Assembly (NCBI GenBank): GCA_031385155.1
Contig: JANNBF010000085.1
Span: 25,949-89,948, forward strand
From: Rhizobacter sp.
GTDB lineage: Bacteria > Pseudomonadota > Gammaproteobacteria > Burkholderiales > Burkholderiaceae_C
Length of the DNA: 64,000 nucleotides
Direction of reading: 5' to 3'
Positions 30,336 through 41,001 of this stretch are shown piece by piece. The stretch's first letter is position 1; the number at the start of each line of letters is the position of its first letter. A program made the position numbers and the translations under genes. The notes under the pieces are model-generated. The model was not told where the DNA came from. It saw only the letters and a program-made list of their open reading frames with translations, and made no database searches.

Positions 30336-30824
30336 TCAGGCGGGCCGCACGCTGGCCAGCAGGCGCGCCAACGCAGCGTGCACGGTCTGCTCGCGCACCG
30401 CCGCACGGTCACCGGTCAGTTGCAACAGCTCGGCGCGCGCGGCGCCACCGCTGTGCGCCAGCGCGAGCCAGACCGTGCCCACCGGCTTGGCCGGCGAGCC
30501 ACCGCCGGGCCCGGCGATGCCGGTGACTGCCACGGCCAGCTGCGCGTGTGAGCGCGCGAGCGCGCCTTCAGCCATGGCGCGCGCCACCTCGGCGCTGACA
30601 GCACCGAAGCTCGCGATCAGTGCGGCCGGCACACCGAGCAAATCAGCCTTGGCCTCGTTCGAGTAGGTCACGAAGCCACGCTCGAACCAATCGCTCGACC
30701 CGGCCACTGCCGTGCACGCCGCTGCAATCAGACCGCCGGTGCAGGACTCGGCGGTGGCGAGCTTCCAGCCGCGGGTGCGCAGCGCATCGGCCAGCGCAAA
30801 CACAGCGGGCTCGTAGCGGATCAA
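30336..30824 (-). CDS. pncC: CinA C-terminal family / NMN deamidase
   Basis: ATAESCTGGLIA, GSSDWFERGFVTYSNEAK, GAVSAEVARAMAEG, VTGIAGPGG; TTG start overlaps the pgpA stop. Confidence 0.85.
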   Translation of the reverse strand: MIRYEPAVFALADALRTRGWKLATAESCTGGLIAAACTAVAGSSDWFERGFVTYSNEAKADLLGVPAALIASFGAVSAEVARAMAEGALARSHAQLAVAVTGIAGPGGGSPAKPVGTVWLALAHSGGAARAELLQLTGDRAAVREQTVHAALARLLASVRPA

Positions 30825-31390
30825 ACGAGCCTCCACAGCGCGATGACGAGCAGCGTGCACAAGGCCGCCACGAGGTCGTCGAAGATGATGCCGAAGCCCT
30901 GCGCCCAGCCGATCGGCTGGCCGCGCTGCACCTTGAACGCGGCATCGGCCCAGGCCACCGGGCCGGGCTTGGCGGCGTCGAAGAAACGGAACAGCGCGAA
31001 GGCCCACAGCTGGGCCCAGAAGCTGGCCGGCGTGACGAGCCACAGCACGAGCCAGAACGCGAGCACTTCGTCCCACACGATGGCGCCGGGGTCGGCCACG
31101 TTCATGTGGCGCGCGGTCACCGTGCAGGCCCACCAGCCGACCAGCGCGCTGCCCGCCAGCAGCCACGCCCATTGCCCGGTCGACAGCCGTGGCTGCAACA
31201 GCGCGAACGCGACCCAGGCCCACAGCGTGCCGACGGTGCCTGGCGCCTTGGGCGCGAGGCCGCTGCCGAAGCCGAGCGCGATGGCGTGCGCCGGGTGCGA
31301 CAGCATGAAGCGCCAGGTCGCCTTGCGCGGCGCACCGGCCACGGGCGGGTGGAGTGCGGGCGCGGGTGCGGGCACAGGCGTCATGGTCAT
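30821..31390 (-). CDS. pgpA: phosphatidylglycerophosphatase A
   Basis: GFGSGLAPKAPGTVGT, DPGAIVWDEV, FRFFDAAKP, GIIFDDLVA; thiL-pgpA-cinA synteny. Confidence 0.93.
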   Translation of the reverse strand: MTMTPVPAPAPALHPPVAGAPRKATWRFMLSHPAHAIALGFGSGLAPKAPGTVGTLWAWVAFALLQPRLSTGQWAWLLAGSALVGWWACTVTARHMNVADPGAIVWDEVLAFWLVLWLVTPASFWAQLWAFALFRFFDAAKPGPVAWADAAFKVQRGQPIGWAQGFGIIFDDLVAALCTLLVIALWRLV

Positions 31391-32346
31391 GCCTTGAAGT
31401 GGTCGAAAGAGGCAAAGGTGTTCGGCACATCGCAGCCGGCTTGATCGACCAGCCGCAAGCCGGCAGCGGCGTCGATGCGGCCGATGCGCGTGACACGAAC
31501 CTGCGCCGCGCGCGCGGCCGCCGTCACCTTGTCGGCGTGCTGCGGCGGCGCGGTGAACACGAGCTCGTAGTCGTCGCCGCCCGCGAGCGTGCAGGTGTGT
31601 TGCCATGGCCGCGTCTGTTCGCGCATCACGGCGCTGCGCGGCAACGCGTCGACATCGAACGTGGCCCCCACGCCGGAGCGGCGCAGCACGTGCGCCAGGT
31701 CGCCGAGCAGGCCGTCGGACACGTCGATCGCGCTGGTGGCCACACCCCGCAGCGCCACGCCGAGCGCGACGCGCGGGGTCGGCTGCTCCATGGCGCCGCG
31801 CACTGCGTCGAACGCCGCACCCTCCAGGGCGACCGTGCCGCGAAACACCTCGAGCGCCAGGCGCGCGTCGCCGAGCGTGCCGCTGACGTAGAGGTCGTCG
31901 CCCGCTTGCGCGCCCGAACGCAGCAGCGCGGTGCCGGCCGGCAGCTCACCGAAAACAGTGATGCAGATGTTGAGCGGGCCTAGCGTGGTGTCGCCGCCGA
32001 TCAGCTCGCAGTGGTGCGCATCGGCCAGTGCGAGCAGGCCCTGCGCGAAGCCGGCGAGAAAGACCTCGTCGACGCGCGGCAAGGCGAGCGCGAGCGTGAA
32101 CGCCATCGGCATGGCGCCGCAGGCGGCGAGGTCACTCAGGTTCACGGCGAGCGCCTTGTGGCCCAGGCGCTGTGGGGCGACGGTGGGCAGGAAGTGCCGG
32201 CCCTCGACGAGCATGTCGCTCGACACCGCGAGCTGCGTGCCGATGGAGGGCGCGAACAGCGCGCAGTCGTCGCCCACGCCAAGCGCAGCGCGCGTGACGC
32301 GGCGGGTGAAGAACTTCGCGATGAGGTCGAATTCGCCGAGGGGCAT
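31387..32346 (-). CDS. thiL: thiamine-phosphate kinase
   Basis: GEFDLI, GVGDDCA, KALAVNLSDLAACGA, IGGDTT, DVSDGL, GGDDYELVFT. Confidence 0.95.
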   Translation of the reverse strand: MPLGEFDLIAKFFTRRVTRAALGVGDDCALFAPSIGTQLAVSSDMLVEGRHFLPTVAPQRLGHKALAVNLSDLAACGAMPMAFTLALALPRVDEVFLAGFAQGLLALADAHHCELIGGDTTLGPLNICITVFGELPAGTALLRSGAQAGDDLYVSGTLGDARLALEVFRGTVALEGAAFDAVRGAMEQPTPRVALGVALRGVATSAIDVSDGLLGDLAHVLRRSGVGATFDVDALPRSAVMREQTRPWQHTCTLAGGDDYELVFTAPPQHADKVTAAARAAQVRVTRIGRIDAAAGLRLVDQAGCDVPNTFASFDHFKA

Positions 32347-32515
32347 GGGGCGCGGCCGGGCCGCTGTGCAGGGCGCGGCCGGGAAGGCTGCCGGGGCATT
32401 ATCGGCCGCGTGTCGCGCAGGTGCGCGCTCCTACAATCCCGCTCCGGATGCGCCAGCGCAGACCAGAGTCCGAGCCTGCCGCGCTGCGCCGCGCGAACAA
32501 CCAGCGAGACACCCC

Positions 32516-34813
<2,298 letters not shown>

Positions 34814-35051
34814 ATCCAAACATCAAGCGCCAATGACCGGGATAACCCGAAGGCTTTGTGATGGTTCGATGACACGCCATTCCAGTGCATTTTCGATCCG
34901 GTTTGGCAGCGAGTGTTGTTGACCGAACATGATATTTAGCGAAAGCGTGCACATACTAACAAACTAAATCGCCTGCCCCAAATTGAGGCAAAGGCTTGAG
35001 GTTTTGCCGCGTTCTCGTTACCATCAGGGCATCTGATTTCAGGGATTTTCC

Positions 35052-35456
35052 GTGTTTTTCTCCGGTCGGCCACCCTGGTGGCAAGCTCTGCGCAAGACAG
35101 GGCAGGTGGTTTGTATTGCCAGTGCGCTGCTGGTCACGGGTGCAGTTCAGGCCAAGGGCCCGGTTCCTGGCACGGTGGCGCTCGGTGATTTGCCCGCCGA
35201 GGCCCAGGCGACGCACAAGTTGGTCATCGCCGGCGGCCCGTTCCCCTACCCCAAGGATGGCTCGACGTTCGGCAACCGCGAACGCGTTTTGCCCAAGCGT
35301 GCGCGCGGGTTCTACCGGGAGTACACCGTTGCGACGCCCGGCCTGCGCAACCGGGGTGCAAAACGAATCGTCTGCGGTGGCGAACAAGCCCGGCTGCCGG
35401 AGGCTTGTTACTACACCGGGGATCACTACATGACGTTTCGTCAGATTGCGCCATGA
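35052..35456 (+). CDS. guanyl-specific ribonuclease (RNase Sa/barnase, N1/T1 family), probable export signal
   Basis: GGPFPYPKDGSTFGNRE, YREYTV, RGAKRIV, YYTGDHY; hydrophobic N-terminal segment. Confidence 0.92.
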   Translation: MFFSGRPPWWQALRKTGQVVCIASALLVTGAVQAKGPVPGTVALGDLPAEAQATHKLVIAGGPFPYPKDGSTFGNRERVLPKRARGFYREYTVATPGLRNRGAKRIVCGGEQARLPEACYYTGDHYMTFRQIAP

Positions 35457-35541
35457 GCACCATGAAGGCTGCGGAGGCCATGACGGCCGCGAACGTCACC
35501 AAGCGTTGTTTTGAAGTTGTTTTCTTGATTCGAGGAGGAAC

Positions 35542-35943
35542 GTGACCATGCTGTTGCAGACAGTCCGTCCAAACATTGTTCAATCGATCCGCGCCTTTCG
35601 CGTGGAGGACCTGATGCTCGCGGCGCAAAGCGCGAGCCAGCATTTCCTCTACGTGAACTTGACGGCGGCCCAGTCCAAACAAGACGTTCTCGACGCCATT
35701 GCGCAGGCCTTCATGTTCCCTGCGCACTTCGGCAAGAACCTCGATGCGCTGTTCGACTGCATGACCGACCTCGTCCACAAGGCCGGTCAGCAGCCCGGCT
35801 TCGTGGTCGTGCTCGAGCAGTTGCCCGACAACCCGCGTTTCGACCGCGAGGCACGCGAGCAGTTGCTCGATGTGTTCCGAGACGCCGCCGACTTCTGGGG
35901 GGAACGAAAGATACCCTTCAGGTGCTTCTCTTCTTTTCAGTAG
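35542..35943 (+). CDS. barstar family ribonuclease inhibitor
   Basis: FPAHFGKNLDALFDCMTD barstar motif; GAGGAGG RBS; directly downstream of the RNase. Confidence 0.92.
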   Translation: MTMLLQTVRPNIVQSIRAFRVEDLMLAAQSASQHFLYVNLTAAQSKQDVLDAIAQAFMFPAHFGKNLDALFDCMTDLVHKAGQQPGFVVVLEQLPDNPRFDREAREQLLDVFRDAADFWGERKIPFRCFSSFQ

Positions 35944-36113
35944 CCCGCTCCCAAGAATCAGGGTCATGGGAGCGGGCTACGGATGGGGCCCCCAGCGTTG
36001 CAGACAAGCCGGCGAAGTCGGCACCGAAGACTGCCGCCAACAACACCTTCGGCATGAACATGCCGTTGATGAGCAGCGCGTTCGATACTGCCATGTGGCT
36101 GAACGCCGCCTGA
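35926..36113 (+). other. candidate programmed -1 frameshift cassette and 58-aa barstar C-terminal extension ending WLNAA
   Basis: TTC TCT TCT TTT CAG TAG, then a 14-bp perfect stem (35940-35953 / 35967-35980). The -1 frame is open to TGA 36113 with coding-like codons and no obvious RBS. Confidence 0.55.
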
Positions 36114-36133
36114 CCGGTTGACGACGCCCGCCG

Positions 36134-36178
36134 AGCGCCCGTGCGCGGGGCCTGAAAGGCCCGGCGCACGGGCGCTTT
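36134..36178. terminator. GC-rich hairpin between the convergent barstar region and rsmA
   Basis: AGCGCCCGTGCGC...GCGCACGGGCGCT 13-bp stem with an inner GGCC/TGAAA/GGCC, followed by TT. Confidence 0.6.
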
Positions 36179-36951
36179 CACGTCTGCGGCTTGATGGCAG
36201 CTGCGAGCGCCAGGTACTCGTGAACCGGCACTTCCTCGGCGCGGCGCTGAACATCGAAGGCGCCGGCATGGCGGCGCTCGTCGAGCCAGCGGCCGAGCGT
36301 GTGGCGCAACAGCTTGCGCCGCTGTGAGAACGCGACGCGCACGAGTTCTTCCAACAGCAGCGGGTCGACGGCCGGCACACCGGCCTGCGGCAACGGGAGC
36401 ATCCGCACCACGGCCGAGTCGACCCGCGGCGGCGGCTCGAACGCTTCGGGCGGCACGTCGATGATGGCCTCGATGTCATAGCGCCACTGCAGCATCACGC
36501 TCAGGCGCCCATAGGCCTTGCTGCCGGGCGCGGCGGCCATGCGTTCGACCACTTCCTTTTGCAGCATGAAGTGCTGGTCGGCCACATGCGCAACCGCGCC
36601 GAGCAGGTGGAACAGGATCGGCGTCGAGATGTTGTACGGCAGGTTGCCCACCACGCGCAGCCGTTGGCCTTGCTGAGCCGCGAGCGCGCCGAAGTCGACA
36701 TTGAGCACATCGGCCTCGATCACGCTCAGCGCCGGGCGCTGACGCAGGCGCTGCGCCAAATCTCGATCCAGCTCGATCACCGTGAGCTGCTCGCAGCGCG
36801 CGACCAGCGGGTCGGTCATCGCGCCCAGGCCGGGGCCGATCTCGACGAGGGCTTCACCGGGCTTCGGGTCGATGGCGTCGATGATTGCGTCGATCACCGA
36901 GCCATCGGTCAGGAAGTGCTGCCCGAAACGTTTGCGGGCTTGGTGTTTCAC
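36178..36951 (-). CDS. rsmA: 16S rRNA m6,2A1518/1519 dimethyltransferase
   Basis: [52 protein letters not shown]. Confidence 0.97.
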   Translation of the reverse strand: MKHQARKRFGQHFLTDGSVIDAIIDAIDPKPGEALVEIGPGLGAMTDPLVARCEQLTVIELDRDLAQRLRQRPALSVIEADVLNVDFGALAAQQGQRLRVVGNLPYNISTPILFHLLGAVAHVADQHFMLQKEVVERMAAAPGSKAYGRLSVMLQWRYDIEAIIDVPPEAFEPPPRVDSAVVRMLPLPQAGVPAVDPLLLEELVRVAFSQRRKLLRHTLGRWLDERRHAGAFDVQRRAEEVPVHEYLALAAAIKPQT

Positions 36952-36963
36952 GGGCGGCGCCGG

Positions 36964-38325
36964 TCAGACCGGCGGCTCGCGCATCTCGACGTAGGCGCGG
37001 CCGCGCAGGTCGCGGATCCAATCAAGGTAGGCCTCTTCGAACTTCTGCTCGCGCAGCACATTGCGCGCCTGTTCGCGCTGCTGCTTGATGTCGAGCGCGA
37101 CTTGCCTGCGCTCGAGCACCTGGATCAGGTGCACACCGAAGCGCGACACCAGCGGTTCCGACAGGCCGTTGATCGGCAGCGCGTTCATCGTTTCTTCGAA
37201 CTCGGGCACGAAGGTGCCGGGCGATGCCCAGCCCAGCTCGCCGCCCTGCGCGGCAGAGCCGTCCTCGGAGTTGTCGCGCGCGAGTTGCTCGAACGTCTTG
37301 GCGCCGCTTTGAATCGCGCGCTTGAATTCGGCGAGCCGGCGTGAGGCCGCATCGGCCGACAGCTGCGGTGACACGCGCAGCAAGATGTGGCGGGCGCGCG
37401 TTTGCTGCGCCGTGAAGGCGCCGCCGCTCTGGCGCTCGATCAGCTTGAGCACGTGAAAGCCCGCGCCGCTGCGCAGCAGGGTCGGCGTGACCTCGCCGTC
37501 TTTCAGCAGCTTCACGCCTTCGACGAACAGGTCGGGCAGCCGGTCGGCGGGGCGCAGCCCGATCACGCCGCCCTGGGCCTTGTTGCCGTCTTCCGAGACC
37601 TCGCGCGCCACCGCCTCGAAGGCCTCGCCGGCCTTGACCCGTGCCAACGCGGCTTCGGCGCGCTTCTGGCGTTGCGCCACCGCCTCGATGGTCGCGCCGT
37701 CGGGCACGGTCACCAGGATCTGCGCGATGTTCAGTTGCACCGCGCTACCGGATGAAGCGCGGCGCTTGTCCAGCAAGGCATCGACCTCGTCGTTGCTGAT
37801 GCGAATGCGCGCATTGACCTCGCGCTCGCGCACGCGCTCGGTCAGCAACTGGTCGCGCACGTTGTTTCGGAAGGTGGTGTAGGCAATGCCTTGCTGCTGC
37901 AGCCGCGCACGCAGTTGCGCAAGCGTCATCTGGTTCTGCAGCGCCACGTTGCCAACCGCGCGGTCGAGCTCGGCGTCGTCGACCTTGGGGCCGTTTTCGC
38001 GTGCGTTGGTGATTTGCACGCGCTCGTCGATGAGTTGATCGAGCACCTGCTTGCGCAGCTCGGTGGTGGGCGGCAGCTGCGTCTTGGAACGCGCTGCGTC
38101 TTCACGGATGCGTGCCAGGCGCTGCTCGACCTCGGCGTTCGTCACCAGCTCCTGGTTGACGACCGCGACGATGAAGTCGGCCATGCGCGGCGGCGCGGTG
38201 CGTGCCGCCCCTTGTGCCAGCGCGGCCGGCACCTGCGCACCGAGCACGAGCGCGCACAGCGCCACCTGAAGGGATGCGCAAAGGCGGGCGTGCCGGCGGC
38301 GGGAATGCATCAAGGGATCAGTCAT
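36964..38325 (-). CDS. surA: periplasmic chaperone / peptidyl-prolyl isomerase SurA
   Basis: IVAVVNQE, two parvulin domains (RSGAGFHVLKL; ARHIL...GGELGW...SRFGVHLI); follows lptD. Confidence 0.93.
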   Translation of the reverse strand: MTDPLMHSRRRHARLCASLQVALCALVLGAQVPAALAQGAARTAPPRMADFIVAVVNQELVTNAEVEQRLARIREDAARSKTQLPPTTELRKQVLDQLIDERVQITNARENGPKVDDAELDRAVGNVALQNQMTLAQLRARLQQQGIAYTTFRNNVRDQLLTERVREREVNARIRISNDEVDALLDKRRASSGSAVQLNIAQILVTVPDGATIEAVAQRQKRAEAALARVKAGEAFEAVAREVSEDGNKAQGGVIGLRPADRLPDLFVEGVKLLKDGEVTPTLLRSGAGFHVLKLIERQSGGAFTAQQTRARHILLRVSPQLSADAASRRLAEFKRAIQSGAKTFEQLARDNSEDGSAAQGGELGWASPGTFVPEFEETMNALPINGLSEPLVSRFGVHLIQVLERRQVALDIKQQREQARNVLREQKFEEAYLDWIRDLRGRAYVEMREPPV

Positions 38326-40771
38326 AGGTGCTCAGCGGTTGGGCCGGTGCGCGGTCTTCACGCAGCAGCTTGTAGCCCGGGATATTGTCCTTCAAGACCT
38401 GCAGCGGGTTGGTGCCCAGCCTGGACAGGCCGACGAGCTCGAGTTGCAGCAGCAAGCGGGTTGTGGCCTCGCTGCGGCTGGTCGACGACCGGGTGGCCAC
38501 GACGCGCCCGATCCAGCAGCCCGCGTCGTACTCGACCCCGGCGACTGCGTCGGTGAAGCGGCTCTCCAGCGTGCTGTAGTTGACCCGGCCGACTGCGTAC
38601 CAGCTGCCGTTGCAGCTCGCGCCTGCACTGCCTTCGGTGATGCGGCGTGCGGCCTGCCCGGGCTCGGGCAGCGGCCCGTAGATCGGCCATTGCCAGGCGA
38701 GCTCGACCTGCTCGCTCAAGCCCCGTGTCGAGCGGTACGTGGCGCTGACCGTGCGGTACGGGCCGGGTGAGTAGCGCGCGCCGACCACCGATCGCGTGAG
38801 GCGCCGGATGTCCGGGCTGTATTGCAGCGCGGCATCGAGCGCCCAGCTCGGCACCAGCGTGGTCGAGCCGAGCAGCAGCAGGTCGGAGAAGCGCCGCGTC
38901 AGTGGCAAACCGTCGGGCGTGATGCGCTGGTCGCGGAACAGGTAGCGCTGCGCGAGGCCCAGGCGCAGCGCTTCGGCGCCGGTGTCGGGGTCGAGCACGC
39001 GGGTCGTGAGGCCGGCGGTGACCTGGTGCGCATCGGACACGCGGTCGACACCCGAGAACGCGTTGTCGCTGAAGATCGAGTCGACGTTGAAGTCTTTCGC
39101 CGACGCGTCGAAGTCGGGCAGCTTGCTTTGGTCGCGGAACGGCGTGTTCACGTAGAGCAGGCGCGGCTCCAGCGTCTGGCGCACGGCACGCCCGAAGAAC
39201 GCGGTGTCGCGCTCGAAGACCCAGGCGCTGTCGAGGCTGAAGCTCGGGATCACGCGCGACGGGCTGCGCGCCAGGCCTGCGGCCAGCGCGTTGCTGTCGA
39301 GCGAGTAGGCCGCAGCGTTCAGCGCGAGCTTCGGGATCACGCTCCAACCGGGCGTGACGAAGGGCCGGCTGACGCTGCCCAGCGCATGCACGCGCAGGCC
39401 GGTCGGCCGGGGCGCATAGGTGGGCACGGCGGCGCCCAGCACGAGCGGCGGGCCGCTCGGGTTCTCGGGGTTGGTGAAGCGGTTGAACTCGGTTTCAAGG
39501 TTCAGCTCGAAGCCCGAGCCGGCCCGACCTTCATAGCGCGCGCCGATCTGCGGCATGCGCTCGTAGGGTGCCTCGATGCGGGTCGTGGGGTCGGCCGTTT
39601 GCAGCACTTGCCAACGTTGCACGCGGGCGTAGCCGGCCCAGTTGCCGAAGCCGGTGTTGAACGGCCGGGTCAGTTGCAGGTCGGTCGCGAGCAGGCGCGG
39701 CGTCAGCGCCGACACATCGCGCGGGAAGTCTTTCCAGTAGTCGTCGTCGGAGACCTGCAGCGCGCGCAACTGCACGCGTGTGCCGCCTTCGAACTCGCTC
39801 TCGTGCTGGGCGTTGAGCGCGTAGCGCGTGGTGCCTGTCACGCGGTCGTAGGGCAGCACGTTGAGTTTCAGTTCGCCGGCGTGGCCCGGTTCGAGGTAGC
39901 GGAACTCACTCTCCAGGCCCGGGCCGCGCCGCGTGCTGAGCGAGGGCGTGAACGTGGCGTCGCGGTTCGGGGCGATGTTCCAGAAATAGGGCATCGAGAA
40001 CTGCAGCCCGCTCTTGGTATCGAGCGATATGTTGGGCGGCAGCCAGCCCGACTTGCGGTCATCGGTGAGCGGGAAGCTCAGGCGCGGCGCGGCGAGGATG
40101 GGCACGCCATAGAAGCGCAGCACCGCCTTTTCGGCCACGCCTTCGTTCTTCGTGAAATCGATGCTGACGCGCTCGGTCGAGAGCAGCCACACCGGCCCGT
40201 CGGGGCCGTCGTTCGGGCAACTCGTGTACGTGGCACCGAGGGCGACCGAACGCTGCTCGTCGATGAAGTCAACGCGCTTCGCCGAGCCGCCCGCGCCAGT
40301 GCGGCTGAAGTGGTAGGCCGGGTTCACGAAGAAGCCTTCGAAGCGTTGCACCTTGAGCTGCAGTTCAGGGCCGGTGTAGATGTTGCCGTCGCGGCTGATG
40401 TGCACATGGCCGAGTGCCACGGCCAGGTCGCTCGGCGGGTCATAGCTCAGCCGGTCGGCGCGGATCACCATGCCGCCGCGGCGGAACTCGGCGTTGCCCT
40501 CGGCGGCGAACTCGTGGTCGGGCCGGCCGGTGAGCGTTTGCGCGCGCAGCAAGATGGGCAGCCCGCGTGCCGCCTCGCCGCGCAGCGGCGGCTGCAGCAC
40601 CTGCGAGGGTCGCAGCACCACGCCGTCAGCGGGCGCGGCGTCCTGCGCTCGAACGGCCGCGTGCGCGCCGCACAGCAGCGCCACCGCCAGCGGGACGATG
40701 CGAAGGCGCGGCGGCGTTGGGCGAACGGGAAGCACCAGAGGAAGGGACCGAGAGCTGGGGGAGCGGCACAC
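38318..40771 (-). CDS. lptD: LPS assembly protein LptD
   Basis: RKSGWLPP, PYFWNIAPNRDAT, VSDDDYWKD, TLEPRLLY, FSGVDRVSDA, EYDAGCW, NIPGY; exact start uncertain. Confidence 0.95.
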   Translation of the reverse strand: MCRSPSSRSLPLVLPVRPTPPRLRIVPLAVALLCGAHAAVRAQDAAPADGVVLRPSQVLQPPLRGEAARGLPILLRAQTLTGRPDHEFAAEGNAEFRRGGMVIRADRLSYDPPSDLAVALGHVHISRDGNIYTGPELQLKVQRFEGFFVNPAYHFSRTGAGGSAKRVDFIDEQRSVALGATYTSCPNDGPDGPVWLLSTERVSIDFTKNEGVAEKAVLRFYGVPILAAPRLSFPLTDDRKSGWLPPNISLDTKSGLQFSMPYFWNIAPNRDATFTPSLSTRRGPGLESEFRYLEPGHAGELKLNVLPYDRVTGTTRYALNAQHESEFEGGTRVQLRALQVSDDDYWKDFPRDVSALTPRLLATDLQLTRPFNTGFGNWAGYARVQRWQVLQTADPTTRIEAPYERMPQIGARYEGRAGSGFELNLETEFNRFTNPENPSGPPLVLGAAVPTYAPRPTGLRVHALGSVSRPFVTPGWSVIPKLALNAAAYSLDSNALAAGLARSPSRVIPSFSLDSAWVFERDTAFFGRAVRQTLEPRLLYVNTPFRDQSKLPDFDASAKDFNVDSIFSDNAFSGVDRVSDAHQVTAGLTTRVLDPDTGAEALRLGLAQRYLFRDQRITPDGLPLTRRFSDLLLLGSTTLVPSWALDAALQYSPDIRRLTRSVVGARYSPGPYRTVSATYRSTRGLSEQVELAWQWPIYGPLPEPGQAARRITEGSAGASCNGSWYAVGRVNYSTLESRFTDAVAGVEYDAGCWIGRVVATRSSTSRSEATTRLLLQLELVGLSRLGTNPLQVLKDNIPGYKLLREDRAPAQPLSTYD

Positions 40772-40833
40772 TGCCGGGGCACAGAGCCGGCCGCAAGAGC
40801 GTGTCGGCGGCGGGTTGCAGGCAGTGCGGTTTG

Positions 40834-40847
40834 TAGAATCGATTATC
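40834..40847. promoter_or_regulatory. back-to-back -10 boxes for amgK (TAGAAT, +) and lptD (GATAAT, -)
   Basis: TAGAATCGATTATC, an AT-rich island in the divergent spacer. Confidence 0.5.
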
Positions 40848-40926
40848 CACGAGGCCCACGCGGCGCTGCCTCTGGCGGCGGCACCGTTTCACAGCGTCAC
40901 GCCACAGCCCCTGTCGCCGTTATTGG

Positions 40927-40980
40927 CCCTGCCGCTGCCCCTGCCCCTGCCCCTGCCCCTGCCGCTGCCGCTGCCCCTGC
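40927..40980. repeat. hexanucleotide microsatellite (C[C/G]CTGC-type unit, ~9 copies)
   Basis: ccctgccgctgcccctgcccctgcccctgcccctgccgctgccgctgcccctgc upstream of the amgK start. Confidence 0.9.
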
Positions 40981-41001
40981 ACCCGACCCGAGACACCTCG
41001 C

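Noticed and set aside
35940-35980. Hairpin after barstar as an intrinsic terminator
   Set aside because: No U tract follows on either strand, it overlaps the stop codon, and another terminator-like hairpin lies at 36134-36178.
35941-36058. Stop-codon readthrough (pyrrolysine/selenocysteine-like) of the barstar TAG
   Set aside because: The 0-frame continuation (PAPKNQGHGSGLRMGPPALQTSRRSRHRR...) has non-host codon usage, and no pyl/sel context is seen; the -1 frame is the coding-like one.
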